Positions 13,162-23,948 of a stretch of 51,934 nucleotides of DNA are shown here, in pieces (position 1 is the first letter of the stretch; each line of letters begins with the position of its first letter). The translations under genes were made by a program, and so were the position numbers. The notes below the pieces were generated by a model. It had not been told where the DNA came from and ran no database searches. It saw only the letters and a list, made by a program, of their open reading frames with translations. Source of the stretch: Geosiphon pyriformis uo1 (taxonomy: Eukaryota; Fungi; Glomeromycota); assembly GCA_016748015.1 (NCBI GenBank), contig JAAOMT010000638.1, positions 138,353 to 190,286 of the forward strand. The letters run 5' to 3'.

Positions 13162-13938
13162 ATGTCGAAACACCCACAACACTATTATGAAAATGGTGAT
13201 GTAATACTCATCGTTGAGGATACGTTATTTCGCGTTCACAAACAGGTTCTACAACTAGCGTCACCAGTATTCGACGACTTGTTCAATCTTGCCTCCTCAT
13301 CTGAAGACAACTTAACAAAAGTCCCACTTTCAGCCGAATCAGCTGAAGAGTTTGGAATGTTTCTCTCCTATCTTTACCCAACATCCTTCGTTGAAATAAA
13401 CTGGGACAACGTCAAAATTCTTTTACATTTTGGTGATAAATATATGTGCAATAAAGTTCTTCTCGCGTGTGAATGTTTTTTGCAACGAAATATTCGACGA
13501 CACCCATTGAAAATTCTACTCGTCGCCGAAGAATTCCATCTAAAGACCGTTTATCGAGAAGCATCAAAATTGGTATTGGATAACTTTTTCGAACATCAAA
13601 AGAAAAGAGAATTTCAAAGCCTTTCTCTAATGACACGGGAAAAATTGCACCTAGATTTCTTTAAATATACAAGTTCACTGAATGATGTTGCTGTTTACTG
13701 GAATACATTCAAAAATAACAATTATTCAACTGCGAGAATATTTAATGAGATTTGTTCATTTCCTCTTAAACCACCTTCCCACACGGCTGGCATTTTCTTA
13801 AGTTACTGTGCAGGACAATCTATATTAACACCTGAAGAATCACGTTGTGAAGAATATTTCAAAAATTTCATGCCCCTTGATATAGAAAAGCATACAAAAG
13901 ATCCTACCATTTACCCCTCTATTGATATTGATTCTTGA
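13162..13938 (+). CDS. BTB/POZ domain protein (258 aa, intronless)
   Basis: Fungal BTB motif YYENGDVILIVEDTLFRVHKQVLQLASPVFDDLF...ESAEEFGMFLSYLYP...LLHFGDKY. ATG preceded by aaaa; TATA-like tataaa at ~13095. Confidence 0.92.
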   Translation: MSKHPQHYYENGDVILIVEDTLFRVHKQVLQLASPVFDDLFNLASSSEDNLTKVPLSAESAEEFGMFLSYLYPTSFVEINWDNVKILLHFGDKYMCNKVLLACECFLQRNIRRHPLKILLVAEEFHLKTVYREASKLVLDNFFEHQKKREFQSLSLMTREKLHLDFFKYTSSLNDVAVYWNTFKNNNYSTARIFNEICSFPLKPPSHTAGIFLSYCAGQSILTPEESRCEEYFKNFMPLDIEKHTKDPTIYPSIDIDS

Positions 13939-14807
13939 AAGATTAAAAAATGGTTGTATTGAATGCAATATTTTGTGAACTGAATTAACATTTTAAAACA
14001 AAAATTTTCGAAAATTTAACCAAGAAAATCAACATCGCTGGCCGACAGTAAATTTTTAATCTTTCGATGCAAAATTATAGAATTTGATAGATGGTAATTT
14101 GTAAATTTGGAATAATCCAAACAAAAATTAATTAAAACAATAATAAAATGGAACACTTTTGTCATGAATTTCTAATTTTTTTTGCGATTTATAAAGGTGT
14201 GCATTTCCTAAACCTCAAAGAAATGATTTCAGAGGTACTCGAGATCACCTCACATAGTGTTTTTACTTCATTTCCTTGGTATATTATCATAAAACTAATT
14301 GGTTGAAGACTATTGAAACTCAATATTTACAATAAAAAAGCCGAATCCAAAACAAGTCTAATGATTACACATATGGAAATCCTTAAACTTGTAATACCAG
14401 TTTTTGATATTCTGCCCAACTATCCTTTTTTGATTGAAAAAGTTTGTGGCATTCCTTATATGTGGAAATTGATTGGGTCTCGATACAATAAAATAAGATT
14501 AAAAACTTGTCGAAAATTTCAAGTTTATGATTTAAATCGAATATGTTGCAAAAAAAAACTGGGGAAATAACTTGATTCACGCTACACAAGCTAAATATCC
14601 CATTTTCGAAGGCCGATTCAAATCCACAGTTTGGGTTATTTTAGATCGACATTGAAGATGTTTATCTAGTTTTTCAATATCAAGGGGCAATATTTTGTTG
14701 AAGAAAAACAAATAAACCGTGTCTTTTAAAATTTTGTTCGATAATAAATAAAATTTGGTAATAAAATTTTATACCTTTTATTAGTTATAAATATTTTTTT
14801 ATATTAA

Positions 14808-17000
14808 TTTTTTTTTTTTAACGAGTGAGGCCCAATCGCTATCTAATACAATATACAGTGAAATGCTCTAAATTAGACGCGAATCACGCGGTTTCTACAT
14901 GTGACCAACCACTCGGGCCAGTCAAGGCTACACTACGCTGAATCTACCGAAGTGAACTTACCCAAAACAGCTATCTTATGCATAATCGCAACCATACTTT
15001 TACTACCAGGAACCAAACCAGTTAACCACGCAGCCTGAAGCTCCCAAAGAACCATCATCCTAGCAAAATTCTTCTCACTGACAGGAGAATCCGGATTGTC
15101 ATCAAGCATATTATCATTTGGTAAACCATCCACGTCATATTCACCTTAAGATTAATAACCTTCTTACTCAAATCACTAACAACTTTTCCAAAAGTGGTAA
15201 CATTCTTTTCAATTGCAAGAATTTTTTCTTTCATATTAACATCTAAAAAAGAAGATCCAGCCAACTTTGTAACCATAAGAACCAAAGAACCAATAGGTTT
15301 AACAATAGACTTGATTAGCAAAGCCAACTTAGCCAGCTCAAACTTCAGAAAAGTTAACTTGAAGCTGACTGCAGAATTAATAACAACAGCAGCAGCAAGA
15401 AAAACCAAAAAAGCAGCAGCTTTTGCATAAGATTTTGTATTAGCAAAGCAAAAATTAAAAATCTTAAGGCCAACCACAGACTTAAACAAAAACTTTGAAA
15501 AAAAAGATCGAGACATCTTGCAATCAGAGACCAAATAATCCAAAATTTAACACTTAAAACAGCATCAACAATCAAAAGTTTTTTTACTAGATACAACTTT
15601 TTTTAAAGTACTAATTCTAAAGAATTGTAGCATTCAGATTAGCTTAAGAACCAAAGATAACAATAAAATATCTTAATTGTTAAGAAAAATTTAGAGATTA
15701 AAAAATAAAACAAATGTGATCACTAATTTAAAAAATGAATTCACTAATCTCAAAAGCAATACAGCCAAAAAGAAGATTTACCAACTTAGTTTTAAAAGAC
15801 AATTACTTCTTTTTAATTAAAAAAAAAAGAATTTTAATATTATTCTTATTATCAAAATTAACCAATAAACAAAAACAGTCTTAGCAACTCTAAAAGTTTT
15901 AAAATATATAATAACATACTGTAATTGGCCAAAAGACTTCAAAAACATTCAAAGCATTTTTAATATTATTTACAATAATTTTAAAAAAAATATAATACAG
16001 ATCAATAACAGCAAAAACAGAAGTAATAGCTGATATTATAAAAAATTTTACAATCTTAAAAGTAAAAATAAAAGTAATTTAGTAAACTTAATTTGTATAA
16101 TAGTATATAAAAATTCTAAAATGCAAATTCTATACAAAACAGCTTAATGTTGTTTTTAAAACCAACTTTACACTAATAAAATTATGAACAAATTAAAAAG
16201 TAGTCTTAATATAAGCTCATTTAATTTTGAAAAAACATAAAATATTAGGATATAAACTATTTATTCAAAAATTTTTTGATGATTAAAAATGGTTTTTTAA
16301 ATATTCTTAAAGATAATACTATCAAAAACAGAAAAAAAAACTTTAGTTTTTATTTGATTAATTTAATTTTTAAGATTAAGTAACTTAATAAATTGATTAA
16401 ATAAAGTTATATGTAAATATATAACTTGTTTTATATTTAAAATTAATATATTAAATAATATAACCAAAGACTAATTCAAATTAAAATAAACCAATATGTT
16501 TTTATTATTTTTGTTAAAACAAATAATTAATTGCTATTTATATTATAATAAAGTTAAATACTTTAATTAATACTAATAATATAAAATTAATAAAAAAACC
16601 AAAAAAACTAAAGTTTTATTTTTTACAAGAAAAAAAGCTGGCTTTAAAATATTAAGATTAATATTAAAAAACATCAGAAAAAAATTGTATCTTAATTGTT
16701 TTGGTTTTTTAACTATTTAAACAACAATAAAAAAAGAATAAAAAAAACATAAATTAATTATTAGTTTCTTATTAAATATTTTAGAATTTTTAGATAATAT
16801 AAAAATTATATTAAAATTGTTTCTAATAAATTTTTTTTAGAAAAAAAAACTTCTAACCAAAAACAAAAACAGTGTTTTAAAATTAACAAAAAACTAATTC
16901 TTAATTATTTTATTTAAAAAAAGCATTTTTATAAATAGTTTTAATAATTATAAGTACTTTATTGGTAAAAAAATTAGTTGTTTCAAAAAATAAAAAAATT
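14808..17000 (-). mobile_element. Degenerate gag/ORF1-only retroelement-like copy 1 (RRM-like + CCHC knuckle, 3' poly-A); 5' boundary approximate
   Basis: Minus-strand remnants FKTKLVNLLFGCIAFEISE. Decayed zinc knuckle C-FK-C-*ILD-Y-LVSD-C at 15561-15520 (consistent with CAA>TAA and CAT>TAT). SYAKAAA and a coiled-coil-like segment; ORF ends at 14933, followed by ~110 nt and A12 (T12 at 14808-14819). No RT coding sequence before the tail. Confidence 0.7.
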
Positions 17001-17399
17001 GCAACTTTTTTACTTTTTGTTTTATTTTTAATCATAAAAATATAAGAGGAAAAAAATTAATTTTTCATTTTTATGTTTTAATTTTATAAAATATTTTAAA
17101 ATTTTGCAAAATATTAACACAAAATATTAAGATTTGTAATAACATAATAAATAAAAAATTTTCAAAGTTAAAAATTTTTAAATTAATAAAATTAAGACAA
17201 ATATATATATATTTATATTTTAAAACTATTATTTAAATAAAATAAATAATAAATTTTAAAAATTTTTAATATTAAAATTATTGTTTAACATAAAAAGTAG
17301 TTTAAAAATAAATAATTAATATATATTAAAAACCAAATAATAATAATAAAATTATTTAAAAAATTATTAGTATATTAAATTAAACCCCTTTTTTATTTT

Positions 17400-18870
17400 A
17401 ATTTCTAAAAATATTAATGGTTTTGGTAGTATCTAAAAAAAAATTATTTATAATTTAAGATTATTAAAGTAAATAATCTCTATTTTAATATTTAATACTA
17501 CTGCAAAAATAAAAATAACTTAAGTTAAAACTGTGTTGGTTTTATTAATATAAAATTGATTATTAAAAACAATATTATTATTTTTTATATAAAGTTTGTA
17601 CTTTAAATTGAACTTGTTAAATTTTTCTATTTTATTTTTTTATTTTATTACTTTTAAGATTGTAAAGTTTGTTTTAGTTTTTAAATTTGTTTTTATTTCT
17701 GCTATTATTGTGTTTTATAATATTTTTCAAAAGTTTTTATTAATTATATCAAAAATATTTTTGATGTTTTTGGTAAAATTTTTGATATTAAGTTAAAATT
17801 AACTGGTTAATAACAATATGTTATTGTTTAATTTATATTTCTCAAAGTTTCTGTTGCTGTTTTTATCTATTTATTAATTTAAAAAAAACCAGTATTAAAA
17901 TATTTTTTTTTACTAATTAAAAGAAAGTTATTATTTTTTAAAATATTTTTAAGCCAAGTTAATTAATTTTTTTAATTATCCTGTTTTTAAAATTAGTAAC
18001 ATATTTTATTTTTTCAGCTATTTAAGTTTAATTATTGTTAAAAATATATGATTTTATATTTAAATTTAAGAAATCTTTTGATATTTAAAAAAAAGCCAAA
18101 TTTATAAATTTTTTATTCGTTAGCATTGCTATAAATATTAAAATCTAACTATTTAATTATTAATTATAAGATTACTTTTTTCTGTTTACTTAAGCTTTTT
18201 TTTAAATTTTTATTAAAATTAAAATTTTTGTAAATCAACTGATTGGTTTGTTGTTTTATATTAAAGCTGCTGCCTTTCTTATTTTTTATTTTAAATAATA
18301 GTGTTAAAATACTATAAGCTTTTTTGAAATCTTTACTATATAAGTTATTTTATTTAATTAAATTTGTGTATAACTTATTGGCTTTTTAATAAATTTGGTT
18401 ATGTTTTTATTAATTGTAAAAAAAATTTAATTTAATGATTAATGTGTGGATGTTTTTTTAAAAAACTAAACAGTGGGTTATTTTTTTGGTTGCAAAAAAA
18501 ATTTAGAATAAATTTGGTACTGGTTTTTTAATGATAGAAATATGAATAATAAAGAAAGTTTTTTTGTAAATAAAGATATTTTTGGTTAATTAATAATTTT
18601 TTGGACTTTTAAAGCTCTAATATTAAAAAATAAAAAAAACCAGATTTCGATTAATTAAATTCATTAAAAATATTGATTAATTAAACAAAATAAAAGCACA
18701 GAGTTTGTTTTTTTATCTAATTTAGAGTAGTTTTAATTGGTTTAGATGGTTAATCACATGTTATTTGTGGTGTAATCCATGTTTCATATATGATAATTGA
18801 GTTGTATAATATAGTTATTAGATAAATTACATTTGTAGAATGACCCAAGTGGTGGTTTAATGTTGAGCAA
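17400..18870 (+). mobile_element. Highly degenerate related gag/ORF1-only copy 2, head-to-head with copy 1; boundaries approximate
   Basis: Collinear with the reverse complement of copy 1: tttaagccaagttaattaat (FKAKL) near 17948, knuckle remnant tgctataaatattaa...tatttaattattaattataag at 18127-18170, aaagctgctgc near 18263. The 38-nt 3' motif at 18723-18760 matches revcomp 14898-14935. Confidence 0.65.
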
Positions 18871-19085
18871 TATATATATATATTGGTATAATATATATTT
18901 TTAATATAATTATTATTTTTAATTTGGATTTAAATTATTGAGTTTTTAAATAGGAATAATGTTAAAGGCTTATTTTTTCAATGTGTCATTTTAGAATTTT
19001 CAATGGAAAAATATTATTTTAACTGGTTTATTTTTAAACAAAAAGTTTTTTGTGTTGTCATTAGTAGAAAAAGAGCTATTTATTC

Positions 19086-19087
<2 letters not shown>

Positions 19088-19141
<54 letters not shown>
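19088..19141. repeat. (ATT)n microsatellite, ~17 units
   Basis: Direct reading; explains the poly-Ile spurious ORF 19003-19188. Confidence 0.97.
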
Positions 19142-19142
<1 letters not shown>

Positions 19143-20340
19143 GTATTATTATTATTGTGTAATCAATATGCCGTATCATATCTTTTAATATAATTTGACT
19201 TCTCGAATATCCAAAGGCTTTTTTACCGCCTTGTATGTGGTTTTTAAAAATATATATTTATGTAGTGCAATCAAGGCTAACTTAGATGAAGAACCTGAGT
19301 TGGCAGTTTCAGGGCTTTTGACAGAATAAATAAGGAATAGAGGGATTTAAGAGTATAGACGTTTTAATAAGTGAAAATTCATTAATATTAGTGTGGCAGA
19401 ATATCAAGTTTCAAACATAGATCCTTTGATCTTTGCTCTCCGTTTTTCGTTCATTTAAAAGAACATAAATATTAATATATAACAAATGGTCATTGTAATA
19501 GTCTCTTTCTATGCTAGTTGCTAATTTGAAGGAGCATAGTAAAGAATTATGGTTAAATTATTCGACTTTTTCAACGCGATGAGGTAAAAAGTTGATATCG
19601 TTTGTATGGGTTTCAACTCTCTTTGAGCCGACTAGTTTAAATATTAATAAACGTAGTATTTTTTAAAAGAGAGAACACTAAACAGAGAAATAATTACCCA
19701 AATATAATTTTTTGAAAAAACTTCACTCAATTCATAGGGTTAAGTTAGCTAAATATTTGAAAAATATAAAAAAGTCAATATTAATTACTATTTTTTATGG
19801 AAAGAATTCTTGGCCTTTATTTATATTAAAAATTACCCACATTTCTAAAACATAACATCTTCTGAAAGATATTAAGATGGGCTCCGTCTTCTTTTCCATC
19901 AAATTTATTTCTTGTATAGCTTGCAATTGATATAATTGCATAATATCCAACATCAAGAAATGTTTCGATAAGAAAAAAACCTAAAAAAGCATTTAATTCA
20001 TCAGAAATGTGCTTCGCTATCTAATGTCTTGCTAAATGATTAGGCAGATCCAAAGTATTGAACCTTTGATGAAATAGAAATATATATATTTTCGTTTTAT
20101 CATACATTGTTTAAAAAGCTCGAATTCGAATAAATAAAAAACAAAAATATCAGTAATAATCTGACTTTTCGTAAATAATCTATAAACATCTTAGTGTAGA
20201 TAAACCCCTACTTCCGACTACGGGAAAGAGTTGCACCGGTTAATAAATAACTCTTTTTGGAATTAATCATATGACCTAACTAATAAGTTAGATCACTGTC
20301 GGTCAAGATATCATATTGTCAATAGTTATCATCTCCCTCA

Positions 20341-21954
20341 ATGGAAACTGCTCGTGAAAAAGGAAACAAGAAATTCAAGGAAGGTGATTACTTGGCTGCA
20401 AGAGAGCAATACACTTTGGCTCTTGCCCTTTCACCCCAGGATCCTTTATTATGGTCTAATCGAGCGGCTTCACATCTAAAAGCTGGATTTCCGGAACTTG
20501 CTATCGTTGATGCCAAAAAGGCTGAAACTCTCTTGTTAAAAAGAGGCGCAGCCAAAGATACGCTTTTTTTTAAAATTAAATATCGATACTCAGAAGCAGC
20601 AGCCGCTTTAGGCGTCTACGAACATGCTGCAGAAAAATTGGATGCTGTTTTGAAAGAGAAGAATATTGGAAATATTATAACAAATCTGGATATAAAGCTT
20701 TACAAACAAAAGAGAAAAGAGTATCGTGAGAAAGCTGCTAAACAAAAGATTATAGCTGAACAAAGAATAGAGAACCAGTCTAGTCTCCAGAATCTTTTAT
20801 ACGATCCACTAACTCATTTAATGAGTATGGGTTCATTCGCCTCCACTGGTTGCTATCCTTGGGATACGAGAACTCGTAATCGAATGTCAAAAAAGACCAT
20901 TCAGCGACTTCAACGTGATCTTGATCTTCTGAGTGAAAAAAAACTTTTGTCCATTGAGAAAATTGAATTCACATCATCGGTAAAAGATAATTCAGTCACA
21001 ATGGTACCTGGAAATCCACAACTTGGAATATTTGCAGCCACTGATATTTTGAAGGACACAACAATCCTTGAGGAGGATCCGTTTATCACAGCTCATAACT
21101 ATTTCCAAGATGTTTGTGATTTCTGCCTTATCCCTCTATTACCAGAAGAGAATTATCGATGTGAAAATAATACTGCCTGCATTGAGGTTTGGTGTGGAGC
21201 AAAATGTTTTTGCGCTGCAAAAGAGCTCTATCATCGTCCTTTATGTGGCAAGATTGAATCTCAAACGGACCCAATTATTAGCTATACCCAAAAATGTTTT
21301 TCTACTCGGTGTCTTACAAGGTTAGGTGTCTTGAAAATTTTTGCTATTGCAAGAACGCGTAATATTTGCCCATTGGATATCTCAGAAATTGGACATTTGA
21401 CTCGCCTCACAGCACCTCAAAACGTAATGAATGGAAAATGGCCTTGGCTTCAGAACTTTGTCCCACACTATGATCATACGCTCAAAATCTTGGATATCAA
21501 TCCATACGATTTGCGATATGATTTTTGGATATATCTTACTTGTTTTTCTATATTTGATGCTAACTCTTTCGGTCATATGCACCCCGTTTTGAAGAGACCA
21601 CATTCCTCATGGTTAAATCAAATTATCTCCCTCATCAATCATTCTTGTGAGCCAAACACACAAGATGAAGAAATTTTTTCTGATCGCGAAGATTTTATTG
21701 ATCAAAACAAACGTGGCACTCGCGCTCATAGCTGCAGACAACGACTGAAGGCGGCCAGAGATATTAAAAAAGGAGAGCAAATCTTTATTTCCTATTGTGA
21801 AACAGGAGCAAATAAGATAGTTCGGTTTAAAAATCTCATGCAGCAGTTTGGATTCGAGTGCAGTTGTTCACTTTGTGAACGTGAGTCACCAAAAACCTGG
21901 ATCCTTTCAAGGGGCTTGACCAGCACTTATGAGCATGTTCAATACACAGAATGA
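20341..21954 (+). CDS. TPR + SET (MYND-like insert, post-SET) protein, SMYD-like lysine methyltransferase
   Basis: TPR motif AREKGNKKFKEGDYLAAREQYTLAL...LWSNRAASHLK. SET-N LGIFAATDILKDTTILEE; Cys-rich CDFC...C..C..WCGAKC...YHRPLC; SET-C LINHSCEPN and AARDIKKGEQIFISY; post-SET FECSCSLC. Intact, intronless 537-aa ORF. Confidence 0.93.
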   Translation: METAREKGNKKFKEGDYLAAREQYTLALALSPQDPLLWSNRAASHLKAGFPELAIVDAKKAETLLLKRGAAKDTLFFKIKYRYSEAAAALGVYEHAAEKLDAVLKEKNIGNIITNLDIKLYKQKRKEYREKAAKQKIIAEQRIENQSSLQNLLYDPLTHLMSMGSFASTGCYPWDTRTRNRMSKKTIQRLQRDLDLLSEKKLLSIEKIEFTSSVKDNSVTMVPGNPQLGIFAATDILKDTTILEEDPFITAHNYFQDVCDFCLIPLLPEENYRCENNTACIEVWCGAKCFCAAKELYHRPLCGKIESQTDPIISYTQKCFSTRCLTRLGVLKIFAIARTRNICPLDISEIGHLTRLTAPQNVMNGKWPWLQNFVPHYDHTLKILDINPYDLRYDFWIYLTCFSIFDANSFGHMHPVLKRPHSSWLNQIISLINHSCEPNTQDEEIFSDREDFIDQNKRGTRAHSCRQRLKAARDIKKGEQIFISYCETGANKIVRFKNLMQQFGFECSCSLCERESPKTWILSRGLTSTYEHVQYTE

Positions 21955-23561
21955 ATTTTCTTCAAAGTATATATTTTTGCATGGGATGAATTTGTCCTTG
22001 GACTAAAATAAAAGGTCAAATAACCTGATTATTTACCACAAAATCTGATTATGATCTTTCTTGTGATACTAGATTTTACAATATCTATTCTTAGTTAAGT
22101 GTTGGTAAGAAGAATAAGGAAAATTTTTTGCCCAGAAACATTTGGTCGATACATCAAATCCATGTGATGCTATTTGTAAGATTTGCGATTCCATTTTTAG
22201 TCAAAACAGTTATAAATGGTAAAAATTGAATTTACAATTTTTGGATGAACTTTCATTCATAATTGCTAATTATTATGCAAAAAAAAATAAAGTTTGACAA
22301 AGTTTAGTATTTGAAGAAAAGATTATGTTATTAATTATTTTAATTTCTTATTAATTTAACTATTATAATTAATACCAAAATTTGATTATATATTACCAAA
22401 TCAGAAAAACAATTTGCTTTAACTATATTTTTTAAAATTTATAACAATATAAAATATAATTTTTAAAATAAAATAACTTGAATTAAAAAAATTATAATAT
22501 TTATACAATTTAAAACAAAATTTTTAAAAAGACATTTTTACTGTTTAATAATGTATTTTTACAATAAATTTATTTTAAAATATTGGTTGTAATTAAACCA
22601 CTTATATAATAATGAATAATATCTTTTTTCACTTCAATAATATTTTGCTCTAACAGAATTATTTAATGAATGTTAATTTAAAACTTAATAAACTATAATA
22701 ATAATAATAGTTTTTAATTAATTTATAAGAAAAAAACTTATTATTCCATAATCAAATAATTAGTGTATGATTTAAACTAATAAGTAAATATTTTATCAAT
22801 GATTATTTTGTTTGAACGTTCAAAATATTATGTTACTTATTAGTTTTTGTTAATTTTGTTATATAATTTGCCATTATATATTTTCATTATTTTAATTGTG
22901 CATTTCATCAATTTTTCTGATTTTCAATTAAATAGAAAAAAAAATTTATTAGGCTAAATTTCAAAAATATACAAACACAATGATGATAATAAATAACTAT
23001 AGTTTTAATTTTTTATATTATATTCAGACATTTTCCAAATTTTCCATAAAACAATCTTGATTAATTCTTATGTACACAAGTTTGAAATATATTATTCCGA
23101 TGAATTAAACATTTGATAGAAAATCTATTATATAAAATACCTCATTTTTATGGTTTAAATAATTTTATGATCACATTATAAAAAAATTAAAAATTAAAAA
23201 CAGTAAATTAAACCAAAATCTTTTCAAACTATTTAAAATTTAAATAATTCTGCTACAAAACACGCAATGCAAAACTTTTGGAAATGGTATGAAACAAAAA
23301 TATTGATGCGCTATTTCTATACAGAATAAGTCGATTAGCACTTAAATTTAATAGTCACATCTTTGAAATTTTTCAAAAAAATAAACAATAAGGTTCGTTT
23401 TAATTTGACCTTGAACATATCGATTGGAAAGTCGTTTCCTGTTTTTCAATATTTCCATTTTGATATTGGTTTATGGCAAAAAATAGTTAGAACTGAGCAA
23501 AGAATGGCTAATGAATCAAAAAATTTGGTATAGAAACAATAATTGGTATTTTTTCTTAAAG

Positions 23562-23948
23562 CTATTTTGGAGTACTTGAATAAATATCTTTTTCAAAAAT
23601 AACAAAGTTGTCGAATAAAATTTTAAGCCAATTTGATGGAATGGTTCTCCTTGGAACTTTCGATGAGGAGAGGACATACTTGGACAGAATAGCAATGTAG
23701 TCAATCATTGAATGCTCATCCCGGATAGTTCGTTTGGTGACTTCGAGCCATGCTTTGATTCCGTGGGTGGCCAGGACGATGAATATTCAAAAGATAGCCG
23801 TTTTTCGAAAAGCGCAACGTAACGTTGACAGGAGCAAAGGGAACACCATTTACTTTGCCAATTTTGGTTGTTCTGTTGCATTGTCGTGACCGTCTCCCCA
23901 AAAGTACTTAATGGATTTACGGTTCAAATTTACAGGGTTAGAATGCAT
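23562..23948 (-). pseudogene. Candidate pseudogene of unknown family (129 codons, two internal stops)
   Basis: One frame reads MHSNPVNLNRKSIKYFWGDGHDNATEQPKLAK*MVFPLLLSTLRCAFRKTAIF*IFIVLATHGIKAWLEVTKRTIRDEHSMIDYIAILSK...TPK*, in a GC- and CpG-enriched island. Confidence 0.35.

Noticed and set aside
17596-17796. Hydrophobic 66-aa ORF resembling a membrane peptide
   Set aside because: Lies in the T-rich hypermutated repeat; the Phe/Ile/Leu bias is a compositional artefact.
19003-19188. 61-aa ORF with a poly-Ile run
   Set aside because: Translation of an (ATT)n microsatellite.
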